Assembly: GCA_964016885.1 (NCBI GenBank)
Contig: OZ024741.1
Location: forward strand, 113,646,001 to 113,710,000
DNA: 64,000 nt
Direction of reading: 5' to 3'
Source of the DNA: Eledone cirrhosa
Taxonomy: Eukaryota
In this document: piece by piece, positions 26,218-39,085 of the stretch
How the letters are laid out: each line of letters opens with the position of its first letter
Numbering within the stretch: the first letter of the stretch is position 1
Notes under the pieces: model-generated
The model's input: the letters and a program-made list of their open reading frames with translations, nothing else
What the model was told of the DNA's origin: nothing
Databases searched by the model: none
Translations under genes and position numbers: made by a program

Positions 26218-26264
<47 letters not shown>

Positions 26265-26287
26265 ATATTATATATATATATATATAT

Positions 26288-26318
<31 letters not shown>

Positions 26319-26454
26319 GTAATAATAATAAAATTGAAGACTAAAATCCAAAGAGGGCTCGATAAGGAAAATATATATCAAATATATAAGAACCGTAGAG
26401 CAAATATTTATTAAAATAACAGATTAATATATATATATATATATTATATATATA

Positions 26455-26557
<103 letters not shown>

Positions 26558-26579
26558 ATATTATATATATTATATATAT

Positions 26580-26629
<50 letters not shown>

Positions 26630-26888
26630 TAATCTGTTATATATTAAATGTAAGTATGCATGTATACGTACATACATATATGTATACAGACGTACAGTAG
26701 CATGCACATATATATATATATATACATATATATATACATATGCATACAGGTACACATACATATATGCACGTATCAGTTTAGCGGCGCTAACGTCGCTTTG
26801 TTCGTTTGTAAACAAACTGAACAGCCTGAATTTATGCCATACGGTGTTAAGGCAACCACGTCACCTTTTTGTTCAACACTGACACAGG

Positions 26889-26933
26889 AACGATGTACTA
26901 GTTTCAAGCTTGTTAGCTATCATCAGCACCGTT
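26889..26933 (-). ncRNA. Minimal type I hammerhead ribozyme, family B, intact
   Basis: AACGGUG-CUGAUGA-uAGCU(aaca)AGCUu-GAAA-CUAG-UA-CAUCGUU; palindromic stem III. Confidence 0.9.
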
Positions 26934-26937
26934 TACC

Positions 26938-27018
26938 CATCTGCCAGATAGTTGAACGTTCGAAAGTATATACTTTCCTTATGAAAATTAACGGCTGAGC
27001 AGCCTAATTTGCATATTG
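26938..27018 (-). promoter_or_regulatory. Putative octamer + palindromic TATA cassette upstream of the family B HHR
   Basis: ATGCAAAT 27014-27007, GAAAGTATATACTTTC 26977-26962, TGGCAGATG 26946-26938. Confidence 0.5.
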
Positions 27019-27337
27019 AGTGAGTTAAATCGGTCAGGCATACCGAAAACGATAAATTGAAACAAAATGAAAACGAAATTTCATTTCTCACTCTTAGTAT
27101 GGCACTTACTTAAATGTAAGTATGCATGTATACGTACATACATATATGTATACAGACGTACAGTAGCATGCACATATATATATATATATACATATATATA
27201 TACATATGCATACAGGTACACATACATATATGCACGTATCAGTTTAGCGGCGCTAACGTCGCTTTGTTCGTTTGTAAACAAACTGAACAGCCTGAATTTA
27301 TGCCATACGGTGTTATATATATATATGTGCATGCTAT

Positions 27338-27930
27338 ATCTTGGAGAGGTGTAAGTGTGTGAGGTCGGATTATATCAAGTCGTCCCAGGTTTTTCTCGGT
27401 CTGCCTACTCCGTAGCTACCTTCTATTTTGATCGCCCTGCAATTTTTTATACAGCTGTCATCTATCATGCGCATCACGTGACCATACCAACGTAATCTTA
27501 TCTCAAGTAAACAGCATCTAATCCCTCTTATTTCTAATTTCTCACTTAGTTCATTTATGCTTTGCCGTTCGCGTATATTACTATTACACATCCAACAGAG
27601 TATGCAAGCTTCGTTCCTCTCCAGTCTGCACAGATCCTCTGCACACAAGGCCCATGTCTCACTGCCATGTCACATCGCTGTTCGTATGCAGGCATCATAC
27701 AGCCTGCCTTTTATTTTTAGAGAGAAACCTTTAGCGGCCAATAGTGTTATAAGCTCTCTGAACTTTTTCCATCCCGTTCGGACTCTAGCTACAGTACTTT
27801 CAGAGCACCCTCCACCACTGCTGATTTTGTCACCCAGGTAACGGAAGGTGTCCACTATTTCTATAGAACCATCTGGGCAATGGAATGAGCTAGTATTCTG
27901 TGGGCATTTGCTGCTACTTATTGCACCAGA
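27338..27930 (-). mobile_element. RTE LINE internal fragment (C-terminal region)
   Basis: ORFs 27670-27987 and 27370-27648 match 19700-20300. Confidence 0.9.
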
Positions 27931-28091
27931 TATATATATATATATATATATTGGGAGGGTCATGTTGCCAATTAGAAACACACGCACCAGTTGCTTTCAC
28001 TTCAATTTATTATAATAAATTTATAAATTAAGGAATTTATAAATTTCCGGTTGGTTGGTTGGTTCCACAACCAGATGATTGTTCATATATT

Positions 28092-28134
28092 GTCAAAGTT
28101 CTTTCGTCACACATTCTGTGACCTCTTCAATGAC
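28092..28134 (-). ncRNA. PLE hammerhead (core mutated to UUGAAGA)
   Basis: Same motif as 33326-33368 with one core substitution. Confidence 0.65.
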
Positions 28135-28333
28135 TGGGGATTCTTTTCTTTGTTTTTGTGCCTCTCCTTTGTTCTGTCCTACGCCATCTTGTTTTTGTGT
28201 GTGTTGTGTGCTTAGTTTGCGCATGTGTTACATCCGGGTGTCTGTGTGTGTTTATATTTGTTTATTTATTTGTTTATTTATATGTTACTAGTTGGTTGTT
28301 TGTTCTATATGTGTGTGTGTTTTCATTTTGTCC

Positions 28334-28720
28334 TTAATTGTAAGTTGTGATGTTGCTGTTCCATTCATGTTTTCTATTTAATTTTGGTTGGAGTTCATTT
28401 ATGTTTATTGCCCCTGTGATTTGTCTAAACATTGCGTCTTTTCTGTGTGTAGATTCTATTTTTATTTCTATGTTCTCTAATTTACCCTTATGTTCAGATG
28501 ATTCTTTACTATCTTGAAGGTTTCGCCAGTGTTCATTTATCCGTTCCCCTATACTACGAGCTGTCTCACCTATGTACATTATATTCTTATCTCTACATTG
28601 TCCTTCAGTACATCTTATGCTATATACTACATTTCTAGTTTTACAGTTAATATGGGGGCTTAATTTACAGATTATACATTTCTTATCTATACAGGGAGGT
28701 TTTTGAAAAGGGTATGTATG
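28334..28720 (-). pseudogene. PLE GIY-YIG endonuclease (C-terminal type, Cys-rich linker)
   Basis: PCIDKKCIIC..NCKTRNVVYSIRC..C..YIGETARSIGERINEH..PKLNRKHEW; an internal deletion is likely. Confidence 0.9.
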
Positions 28721-29974
28721 TATTGCTAATAATTCACTTATTAGCAATACATACCCTTTTCAAAGACCTTCCTGTATAGATAAGAAATGTATAATCTGCA
28801 AAGTTGAACTCAGAAAGTAAAGTTAAAATAAATGTTACTAAGCATTTGACTTGCTCTATAACTATTCTGCCAATCCAATACCAGTAATAATAATAAACTA
28901 CAAGAAATACTTTTAAATATCAACATCATAAAGGTATAAGAATACAGTAATGAAGAGATATAATTTTACTAACAAGTCCCATGTTAACAAATCACAACCA
29001 TAATGGGAGACTTTAATGAAAATGTTACTAGAGAAAACATTAGTAATATAACTGGTCAATGGGGATTAGTTAAAGTTAAGTTAAATTCCTGGTGGCTTAT
29101 GAGGTCAAAGCTTATCTTTCTTTTATTAGTGTTAAGTGACTAAGATCACAAGATTTTCTTCTGGATGGGATGCCACTCCATCGTAGGGTTAAACACCTAG
29201 TAGCTGCTCCTGGTACTCATTTCAGTTGAGCTGACTAGAGCAATATGAACCAAGAACATGTGTTACCTATCAAAGTCAAAACATTATGATTGTGAACCAC
29301 ATGCTTTCATAACAACATCAAAGAATGTTAACTAATTCTATTTCCCACTGGAATCACTTTTCTTCTCCAGCATTACTGCTATTTACTGTGAAGACATGAA
29401 CATTATAACTATTTCTCACTTACTATTCCTTGAAAACATTAGACTTGTTGTCTGTATAAGAAACCATTTTATGTAATATCAATACCAATGTTAATATTTT
29501 CTTATAATCTGTAGAGAGAATTGGTTAAACTACATAATCTATTCCATTCGTAGGTGAAATGTCTTGTAATTTATTTGTTCTTGGTGGATTACAATTATTG
29601 GTGTCTGATGAATGGGTAATTAATATTAATTGGTTCTGGAGGAAATGAGATGTTGTGACATTCATGGCTTGACCTATTGATAATGATTTCTGATTTAGGC
29701 ACAAGGCCAACAATTTTAGGAGAGAGGAAAGTCGATTAAATCAATCCCAGTGAGTTATTTGTACTTTATTTTATCAACCCTGTATGGATGAAAGAGAAAG
29801 GTAACCTCAGTAGGATTTGAAATCAGAATGTAAAGGGACGTTACTATATGCCACAACGCATATTGATAATGCAAGTGAAATTTATTAGCTGTAACTCAAA
29901 TTGGAAACTAAATCTCAATATCTCTATTATACACCCTGGCAACTAGATGGTTATTCACCAAGACAGTCATAGAA

Positions 29975-30345
29975 TTAATGACCCAGACAACCACAGAATC
30001 ACTCACCCACACAACCTGTCACCCACATAAACAGTCACCCACACAACCAATCACCCACACAACCAGACAATCACACAATCTGTCACCCACACAACCAGAC
30101 AATCACACAATCTGTCACCCACAACCAGTCACCCAGACAACCACAGAATCAATCACCCACACAACCAGTTACCCACACAACCAGTCACCCACACAACCAG
30201 TCATCCACACAACCAGTCACCCACACAACCAGACAATCACACAATCAATCACCCAGACAACCACAGAATCAATCACCCACACAACCAGTTACCCACACAA
30301 CCAATCACCCACATAACCAGTCACTCACACAATCACCCAGATAAC
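29975..30345. repeat. Minisatellite of ~15-bp units (CACACAACCAGTCAC-like) with internal larger duplications
   Basis: Visible periodicity; ORF 29978-30316 is its translation. Confidence 0.85.
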
Positions 30346-32182
30346 TGATCCCTCAATCAATCAATTCCCTAGACACTCAGTCAACCCAATCAATCAATCC
30401 CCCAAACAATCTGTCAAATAATCAACCAGTCAATCAATACTTTGACATCTGGATAAGTCGTCACTTAGTTAATCAATCATTCTGACATCTGGACAAGCTG
30501 TCACACAAATAACCTTATTAAGCTTCTCACTCATTAACAGGCAATCTAAAATAGAATTAGAGTAAATATATTTTGGGAGGTTTATTCAATCTATAGCTTT
30601 GGTGTTCCATTGTCTGCAAGTGTTAGTCTCTCTATGTCTATTTGATGATGATGATGTTGTCGTTATTTCATTGTTCCCTGATACAGTAGCTGTTTCATTC
30701 AAGATACAAACACTCATTAAGATAACATTGGTATTTTTAACTTTTCAGTCAGTGGATGACAAACTAAGAAAATAAAAACTAACAAGCAAAAAATAATTAT
30801 ACCAAATAAATAAATAAATAAAAGATGGACGAAAATAACTACAAAACAATAGCTTGAAAAAAATGTTCAACTAACAAAAGGATAACAAATTTTTTTTAAA
30901 TATCTGATTCGTATGAAATTAGGTTTGTTTATCTTAAATACAAGCTGTCAAAGACAAAATCAACAAAGTGAAAAAATAAAAGAAGAAAGAAAATGAAAAG
31001 AAAAAGGTTAAATAGAAAGAAAAAGAAGAAATGAAAAGAGATGGAAAAGGCCTTGTTAGTGAATAATAGGAAGTATCCAATAAATACTGACTTCTGTCTT
31101 AGCTGTTAAATACAGTGTACATTGTAATATCATAGTGAATTAGATGGAGTATCTGACACAGATCTTAGAAAGCATCTTAAGATACATCTTGTAATAATTT
31201 GAAGAGGGTAAACTGAAATTATTAGACAAAGGGTGTTGCAGGCACACACATTCTCATTGTGAAACTGTTTTTTGTGAATTGTATGCTAATATAATTTTCA
31301 GTCTTTCCATATATTTTTCTTGTTTCTCAAACAACAGTCACAGAGCTCCAAACTCTTTATTTATTGAATATTTGATATAGATGTCAAATGTAAAATGAAA
31401 ATATAGCCAGTGAAGAAAAATAGAATGAGATGGCTGGGTGATGTGTTGAGGAAGGATGAAAGTAATAGGGTGAGAGGAGTGATGGAAATGAATATAGAGG
31501 GAAGTAAAGGAAGACCAAGAAAGATATAGTTAAAGATGAGGGAGGAGAAAATAAAAGCTAGGGGTTGGTGATGGGGCATGTAGAAGATAGGGAAAACTGG
31601 AGAAGATTGTTTTGGTGTCTACAGAGCTAACAGAGAGAATATACTTGAAACACTTGTTGTCTAACACATATCTTAAGATGGTAAATTGAGATAAGACAAA
31701 GGAGAGTCACAGAAACAAGATATTTTCAGGTTAGCAGAGTTTGTGAAAATTGCCACGCCTACACTGTAAAGCTGTTATGCTGGTGACATGACAAAAATGC
31801 CCAGTCCACACTGCAAAATGTTTATATAGGTGTCACAGCAAAAAGCACCCAGTACTCACTGTAAATGTAGCTGGCATTCAAAATCAGTTCTGTATGAGCA
31901 AGACATGGTCAACGAGACAACTCATCTAGCATGGAAAAATGGACATGTGATGTGGATGAAGATGATATAGATTGATAGTTACTAATTAAACTAGTAAGAC
32001 TAAAGGTAATTTAGTGGGATAAATTTGACCCACTAAATTACCTTTTAATAAAAAGAGTTTGTATACCACAACAACTAGATGACGAAACAGAGGCACAGTT
32101 TACCATAGCTAGAAATAAAATTAGACAGGTAGTAGACCGATATACTAAGAGACAAAGCAGACCAGAAATATATATATATATA

Positions 32183-33018
32183 TCATCATCATCATCATCA
32201 TCAACGTTTAACGTCCGTGTTCCACGCTTGCATGGGTTTGGACGGGGGTAGTCCCACTTGAGGCAAGAGTGATTGTCTTGCTCGCATAGGACTGTCTGGC
32301 AGGTTTTCTACAGTTGGATGCCCTTCCTAACACCAACCACATTTACAGTGTGGGTCTGGGAGGTTTTTACCGTGTTGCCTACACGGCCACATTACAGCGT
32401 GGACTGTGTGTTTTTTTGTCGTGACACCTACACGATCTCATTTGTTTCGGCCTCGATGGCGCGGCACCAACATAACTTTACATAGAACGGGGTGGTGTGG
32501 ATCGGGTGGGGGTGGTGGTGGTGGGACGGGGTGTATTTTGTTAGAGATGCCTACTGGCTGGAGTAGGTTTTACTATATATTTAGGTAAGGCGGGTCTTCT
32601 CTGTTACTGAGTACCGCCAAAGGTCTCGGTCCAGTGACATTGTCTTGGAGAGGTGTAAGTGTGTGATGTCGGAGTTTATCAGCTCGTCCCAGGTTTTTCT
32701 AGGTCTGCCTATTCCGTGACTACCGTCTATCTTTATTGCCCTGCACTTTGTTATACAGCTATCGACTTTCATGCGCATCACGTGTCCATACCAACGTAGC
32801 CTTCTCTCGAGTAAACAACATCTGATCCCTCTTATCTCTAATTTTTTCCTTAGTTCGTTTATGCTTTGCCGTTCACGTATATTACTGTTACACATCCAGC
32901 GGAGCATGCAAGCTTCGTTCCTCTCTAGTCTGCGTATATCCTCTGCACACAATGCCCAGGTCTCACTGCCATGCAGCATTGCTGTTCGTATGCAGGCATC
33001 GTACAACCTGCCTTTCAT
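32183..33018 (-). mobile_element. RTE LINE 3' end (intact C-terminal ORF 32581-33018, 3' UTR, tail)
   Basis: Highly similar to 19247-20083. Confidence 0.95.
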
Positions 33019-33036
33019 TTCATTTCATTTCATTTC

Positions 33037-33074
<38 letters not shown>

Positions 33075-33116
33075 CATATATATATGTATATATATATATA
33101 TATGTACATATATATA

Positions 33117-33589
33117 TCGTTTCTGAATTTGTTTAGCAAGATTCTTTATCTGAAAACATGTGTTGAAACCGATATTGTTATACTTTGGGAGGGTCATGTT
33201 GCCAATAAGAAACACACGCACCAGTTACTTTCACTTCAATTTATTATAATAAATTTATAAATTTAGGAATTTATAAATTTCCGGTTGGTTGGTTGGTTCC
33301 ACAACCAGATGATTTTTCATATATTGTCAAAGTTCTTTCGTCACACATTCTGTGACCTCTTCAGTGACTGGGGATTCTTTTCTTTGTTTTTGTGCCTCTC
33401 CTTTGTTCTGTCCTATGCCATCTTGTTTTTGTGTGTGTTGTGTGCTTAGTTCGCGCATGTGTTACATCCGGGTGTCTGTGTGTGTTTATATTTGTTTATT
33501 TACATGTTACTGGTTGGTTGTTTGTTCTATGTGTATGTGTGTTTTCATTTTGTCCTTAATTGTAAGTTGTGATGTTGCTGTTCCATTCA
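33117..33589 (-). mobile_element. Second copy of the PLE 3' region
   Basis: 33186-33589 matches 27951-28368; it extends ~70 bp further 3' before (TA)n. Confidence 0.9.
33326..33368 (-). ncRNA. PLE minimal hammerhead ribozyme, intact core
   Basis: GUCA-CUGAAGA-gGUCAC..GUGAC-GAAA-GAAC-UU-UGAC. Confidence 0.75.
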
Positions 33590-34429
33590 ATAAAATAAGT
33601 TGTGATGTTGCTCTGAGTTCAATAAAATAAACTACCAGTAAAGTATTGGGGTCAATATAATCAATTTTCCCTTCCAGAGTGACAGAGAGGAATGTAGAAA
33701 GATATAGAGGAAGAATCAACCCTAGTAATGGACTGGTAGTTTTTATCAACTTCAAAAGGATGAAAGGCAAAGTTGATCTGAGCAGGATTTGAACTAAGAG
33801 AGTGCATAGAGCTTGAATCACAAAGCATTTTAACTGAGTATCTAATGATTCTGCCGAAAAACTGATTATATACTATAACACTTTTAGCACCTTATTTAGT
33901 ATAGCATGGAGTGTAAAATGTTGATAATCCCTTTTATTAGAGTTATTTAATTTTTCCTTTTTATAGCTTAACCAATTTGATACCAACACAACAGAAACTA
34001 ATCTAATTTTATGATACAAACCTGCCCATTTTAGAATGTTTGTACTTACTGTTAAAACTTTCCATCATAATTTTATTTAAGAAACTTAAGTAATGTTCCA
34101 AACATAAGTTTCCTAGTGAAGAGGTTAATTATTTTATTAAATTCCTAGAAATATTTGGTTATTTTAAAAATTAATTGAAATATATAGTCAAAGGTAAAAT
34201 ATTTTATTAGATATGTTGTAAGAAAAGTGTTAATCAAAAGATAAGAGGCAATGTAGAGAAGAAATTCAAATGAATTGCATTCAGTGGATGATTGCTAAAA
34301 TGATGTGATTAGATAGAACTAGGAGCTAAGTTCCAGTAGGAGTGACTACAGGAAGATAGATACATAGGTTTGAATGGAGAGAGTATCTAACTACTCGTTT
34401 TTATATTACTTCACTTCAGAAAAAAACCC

Positions 34430-34822
34430 ATAGCTGGCGCAGTTGCTGTCGGCCAGTATTTACTCTGCGAAAGTGGTCATGATGGTGACACTACAAAAAG
34501 CATTCAGCCCATACTATAAAATGGCTGTGAAGGTGGCATGACAAAAAGGGCCCAGCCCACTCAGTAAAGTGGTTGTGTGAGTGTCACAACAAAAAGCATC
34601 CAGTCCACACTGTAAAGTGGTTGTGTAGGTGTCATGACAAAAAGCGCCCAGTACACATTGTAAATGTGGTTAGCGTTAGGAAGAGTATCCACCATAGAAT
34701 CCAAGCCAAAATCAGTTCTGTATGAGCAACATGTGGTCATCTGACCTGGCCCATCTCAGAACAGGACAACTCATCTTACCCATGCTAGCATGGAAAAATG
34801 GACATTAAACGGTGATGATGAT
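34430..34822 (+). mobile_element. RTE-type 3' UTR/SINE tail with ~5 tandem ~48-bp modules
   Basis: Repeated AAAGTGGT..GTGTCA..ACAAAAAGCAYCCAGYCCACACTG, followed by the common 3' terminus. Confidence 0.7.
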
Positions 34823-35293
34823 AAATTAGAGGTTCATAAGCTGAGTTGTTATAAAATAGCAATGGAACTACCAAATAGGGGAAACAAAATGTCTGTGAAC
34901 CAATGATCAAAGTATATTAGTGATTGCATCATTTCCAATTTGTCAAAGGATGTTTGTTGGGTATGGTGTTGTGACGTTGTTGCATATGTAATATTAGCAT
35001 CACCTTATATATTTGAATGGTCAGCTGCAAAAAAACAATTGTTTCAACAAAAACCATGATTTCACTCCCAGGCAGAAGTAATAGATATATAATATATATC
35101 ATGTAATATATATATTACTGTAAATGAGGTTGGCACTAGGAAGGGCATCCAGCAGTAGAAACCAAGCCAAAATTGGTTCTGTATGAGCATGGCATGGTCA
35201 GCTGACCTGGTATTGCTCTCAACAGAATAACTTGTCTAACCCATGCCAGCGTAGAAAAATGGATGTTAAATGGTGATGATGATGATGTATATT

Positions 35294-35328
<35 letters not shown>

Positions 35329-35333
<5 letters not shown>

Positions 35334-36555
35334 TTACAGTAATCAAAGTTCAGTTTAAGTCATTTATTTGCTTACAATTGTTTCCTCCAAACCGAGGTTT
35401 GGATTCTTCGGAGCAACTATTTATAACATACTTGACCTCCTTTTCAACCCAAGAGACACATAAAACATATGCGCATATTGATGGCATATATAATAGTGGG
35501 ACCATACCAGGTCCTACTGTTATATTACATCTGCATGGAGCAGTGACTTGAGAGTCTGACTCCTCTTATGGAACGTTCAGATATGACACCCCTTAATTAA
35601 TGGATGGTAATCATCCTAATATATACACCCTTGTACTTCTTAATGGACAACTCTCTAACCTATAAATGGGTAACATACTCTAGATATTAGTTATAACTTC
35701 ACATGATAGGCACGTATTTGAATCACCATTAATGTAGTTTAGCATAGTAATGTAACTAAGATAACTAGCTAGTTACCTCCCCTTACGCATTAATTCCCCT
35801 TAGTCATTCAGGCAATTCCGGAATCTGGACAGCATGATATATTAATTAAGAACCGACTGGATACGGTTTATAGCTTGACTATATGCTGAACCACTGCGAA
35901 TTATACGATAGACGCGTGTTCTCTATATATATATTGCGTCTCATGGATTATGTGAGTGGTGGTGTGAGCAAGGACAGTGGTACGACCTTGCCTACGATAC
36001 AATAAGGTTTATAGTATGTTGAAGGTTTTTGATATTTTGGCGTTTCCCCGCATCCGAGACTGTATATCATAGAGATGTATGACAATAAATGACTTAATAA
36101 TTCAGCCTATATAATAAGATCGATTGCCTGCTTCAGCTGCCTGACCCTGCAAATATCATTCTGACGCACTCTAATCATGTATAGATAAGACACGCGTGCA
36201 TGCTACACGGGAGATTGTTTCATACACTGACTACTCTAAGCTTTCCTCTTGCTTTATCTTCATAGACTGCCAACGCTTCATGTTTATCTTTATTTTCACT
36301 CTTATTTTCACTCTTGTTTTTATTTTATTTTATTTTTATCCTGTAACCTTTATATGTAAACTGCCATGCTATATCATTTGATGAATGTCACCCCACTGTT
36401 GATCAATATGCGCATATGTTTTATGTGTCTCTTGGGTTGAAAAGGAGGTCAAGTATGTTATAAATAGTTGCTCCGAAGAATCCAAACCTCGGTTTGGAGG
36501 AAACAATTGTAAGCAAATAAATGACTTAAACTGAACTTTGATTACTGTAATCTCT
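35329..36555 (+). mobile_element. Young 1.2-kb non-coding element with 154-bp inverted arms, each carrying an HHR
   Basis: 35329-35482 is the reverse complement of 36402-36555 with no mismatch seen; the interior has no substantial ORF. Confidence 0.85.
36468..36516 (+). ncRNA. Hammerhead ribozyme variant (CCGAAGA core); mirror copy at 35368-35416 on minus
   Basis: UUGCU-CCGAAGA-aUCCAAACC(uc)GGUUUGGAg-GAAA-CAAUUG-UA-AGCAA. Confidence 0.8.
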
Positions 36556-36720
36556 ATATAACAGCTCTGTAAAACAACTGATGTTATTACATTGAGCTAT
36601 TTATCTTACTGGTAATAGGATAGTAATTAATGACTATCTCTCACTATTTAGGGTTTGTGTATATATAATATATTACCATCAAAGATTTTATTGCATACAT
36701 AACCATAAATAGTACCCTTA

Positions 36721-36775
<55 letters not shown>

Positions 36776-36778
36776 TGA

Positions 36779-37060
36779 AAATGGAATTGGAAATAGCACG
36801 GAAAATATATTTAAGGATCTGTTTTTGTTTTTTTTCTTCTTTGATTCGTCAAAGTGACATTATTGAAAAAATGAGAGAAACAATTCTTTTTAAAGAAAGG
36901 AGTTTTATAATGTATATATTTTATACATCATAAAACTCGTTTTTTTTAAAGAATTGTTCCTCCCATTTTTTCAATAATGTCACTTTGACTAATCAAAGAA
37001 GAAAAAAACAAAAACAGATACTTAAATATATTTTCCATGCTATTTTCAATTCCACTTTTT
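36779..37060. repeat. ~140-bp-arm imperfect palindrome between microsatellites
   Basis: Centre near 36919; arms pair with scattered mismatches. Confidence 0.8.
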
Positions 37061-37705
37061 CTCTATAACTTCTGTTTTCTATAGAACCTTACTGCCTTTT
37101 CAAATATATATATATATATATAAGGCAGGTAAAATTCCCAAGATCCACGGACAAGTTCTCTTCGGCAGTCGCTGTTCTTCATCTTCACCACTAGGTCTCG
37201 CATTTCCCAGAATCCAGTGTCTGTCCTTAGGCCATCAACATATGATATCCTCAGGCTCCCTCGTCCAGTGTGTTCATGTTGGAGCTCCCTTGGGACCACT
37301 GAGTGCAGTGTCAACTGTGAATGTCGGGAAGCATGTCCAGTTAACCTCAGTCTCAGAATATGTGCTTTTGCTAATAATTGTTTCTACTTTTGGCACAAGA
37401 CCAGCAATTACCCAGTACATTACTGGTACTTTATTTTATCGACCCCATAAGGATGAAAGGCAAAGTTAACCTCGGCGGGATTTGAACTCAGATCATAAAG
37501 GGCCGTAACTCTTTGCTGTAAAGCATGGCGTCCGACCCTCTACCGATACTGCCAATCTACTTTTGCTTAATAATGTTTATGAAACTGGCAGGTTTTTTAA
37601 TGTATTACTAATATCATGTATTAAAATATAAGAATTACTTCAATGTTTACCTATAGAAGGCTCATTCTTTTGTAATATGAAATCAAAGATAACTATATAT
37701 AAATA

Positions 37706-38513
37706 CAAGCTGAATTACCCGGCGTTGTCTGGGTTACTGCTGTTCATATTCAGATTAGTAAATTTCATAATTATTTCAAAATATCTATATTTTATTTTTA
37801 AACAATATTAAAATTGTAATGATAATAGAATTTAGAAATAAAAATCTGTCAATCTTGAAGCACCTTACGGTTAACAATGTTCATTTTATAATTTTTTTCT
37901 TGATGTCCAAATGAATAAATTGTTGCTACACACTCACAGACATATACTCTCACGTACATATACTAAGACAGACACACACAGACATACATTCACGCACACA
38001 TGTCTGTCATCACATATGTATCTGTATGTGTGTGTGTGTTTAATTCTCTGAGGCCTAACGTTAAAACAAAAATTATCACACATACACTCACATACACCCA
38101 CACATACATATACTAAGACAGACACACACCGACATACATTCACGCACACCTATTAATTGTGTAGATGTGTGTGTGTTTAATTCTCTGAGGCCTAATGTAC
38201 GTAACAAACTCGCAAACAAACACACACTCACAGACACATACACACTCATTTACAAAATGTGACGTCATCGTCGTAGTGGTGGTGATGGCGGTGGTGGTGA
38301 TGGTTTATTAGAGTTCACTATAGAAAGAATATTTTAGATGAAAAGTTATACTGTTTTAATCCAAATGAAAATATAAATTACATCTTGACACTCCTGGGGC
38401 TTAATACTATTACCTTGTAAAATTTGATTTGATTTGGTCCAGCCGTTTGAGAATGAATGGGAACAGACTGACAGACAGACAAAGAGAGACAAAGAATTTT
38501 TTATAGAGAAAGA
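37706..38513 (-). mobile_element. Non-autonomous Helitron-like element
   Basis: Minus strand A|TC...hairpin CCCAGACAACGCCGGG...CTTG|T; (CTGT)n near the 5' end; no TSD; internal ~125-bp duplication. Confidence 0.7.
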
Positions 38514-38775
38514 TATTGTATATATATATATACCCTTTCTGATATTATTCTTATATTTTCTCCACTTAACAACTCGTTTTCAAACCCCTTAATTTAAATT
38601 CAGGTAAACATGAAGATAGTCCTAATTGTATGTGTATACATTTATTTATACATATAGGACACACACGAAGACATAATTATGTATATGCATACAACTGTCA
38701 AGATATATAACTATTCACAATAATATGTGTACATATTAGTATATATTAGCATATTGATCAATATTCTTAACCAAT

Positions 38776-39085
38776 GGAGGCACATGGCTTAGTGGTTAGA
38801 GCATTGGCATTGCGATCGAAAGGTTGTGAGTTCAATTCTCAGACTGGGTGATGTGTTGTTTCCTTGAGCAAGACACTTTATTTCACATTGCTCCAGTTTA
38901 CTCAGCTGTAGAAATGAGATGCAAAGTGGTCGTAGAGGTGCCATGGCAAAAAAGCATCCAGCCCATACTGTAAAGTGGACGTCTAGGCGCCACGGAAAAA
39001 AAGCACCCAGCACTCACTGTAAATGAGGTTGGTGTTAGGAACGGCATCCAACTGGAAAGGCGGACATAAATTCATGATGATGATG
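38776..39085 (+). mobile_element. SINE family 1 variant
   Basis: Same head; internal deletion and a duplicated module. Confidence 0.85.

Larger units (their letters stand above)
26644..27315 (-). mobile_element. Retrozyme-like partial tandem (family B), 466-bp period
   Basis: 26644-26849 appears identical to 27110-27315; one HHR per unit; no ORF; TA flanks. Confidence 0.9.
27952..28798 (-). mobile_element. Penelope-like element, 5'-truncated with a 5' inversion
   Basis: GIY-YIG C-terminus, 3' UTR with HHR, inverted 5' piece (28668-28732 vs 28739-28798), 3' end in (TA)n. Confidence 0.9.

Noticed and set aside
34455-34680. CRISPR-like repeat-spacer array
   Set aside because: Diverged tandem modules of a retroposon 3' region; no unique spacers, no cas genes, eukaryotic context.
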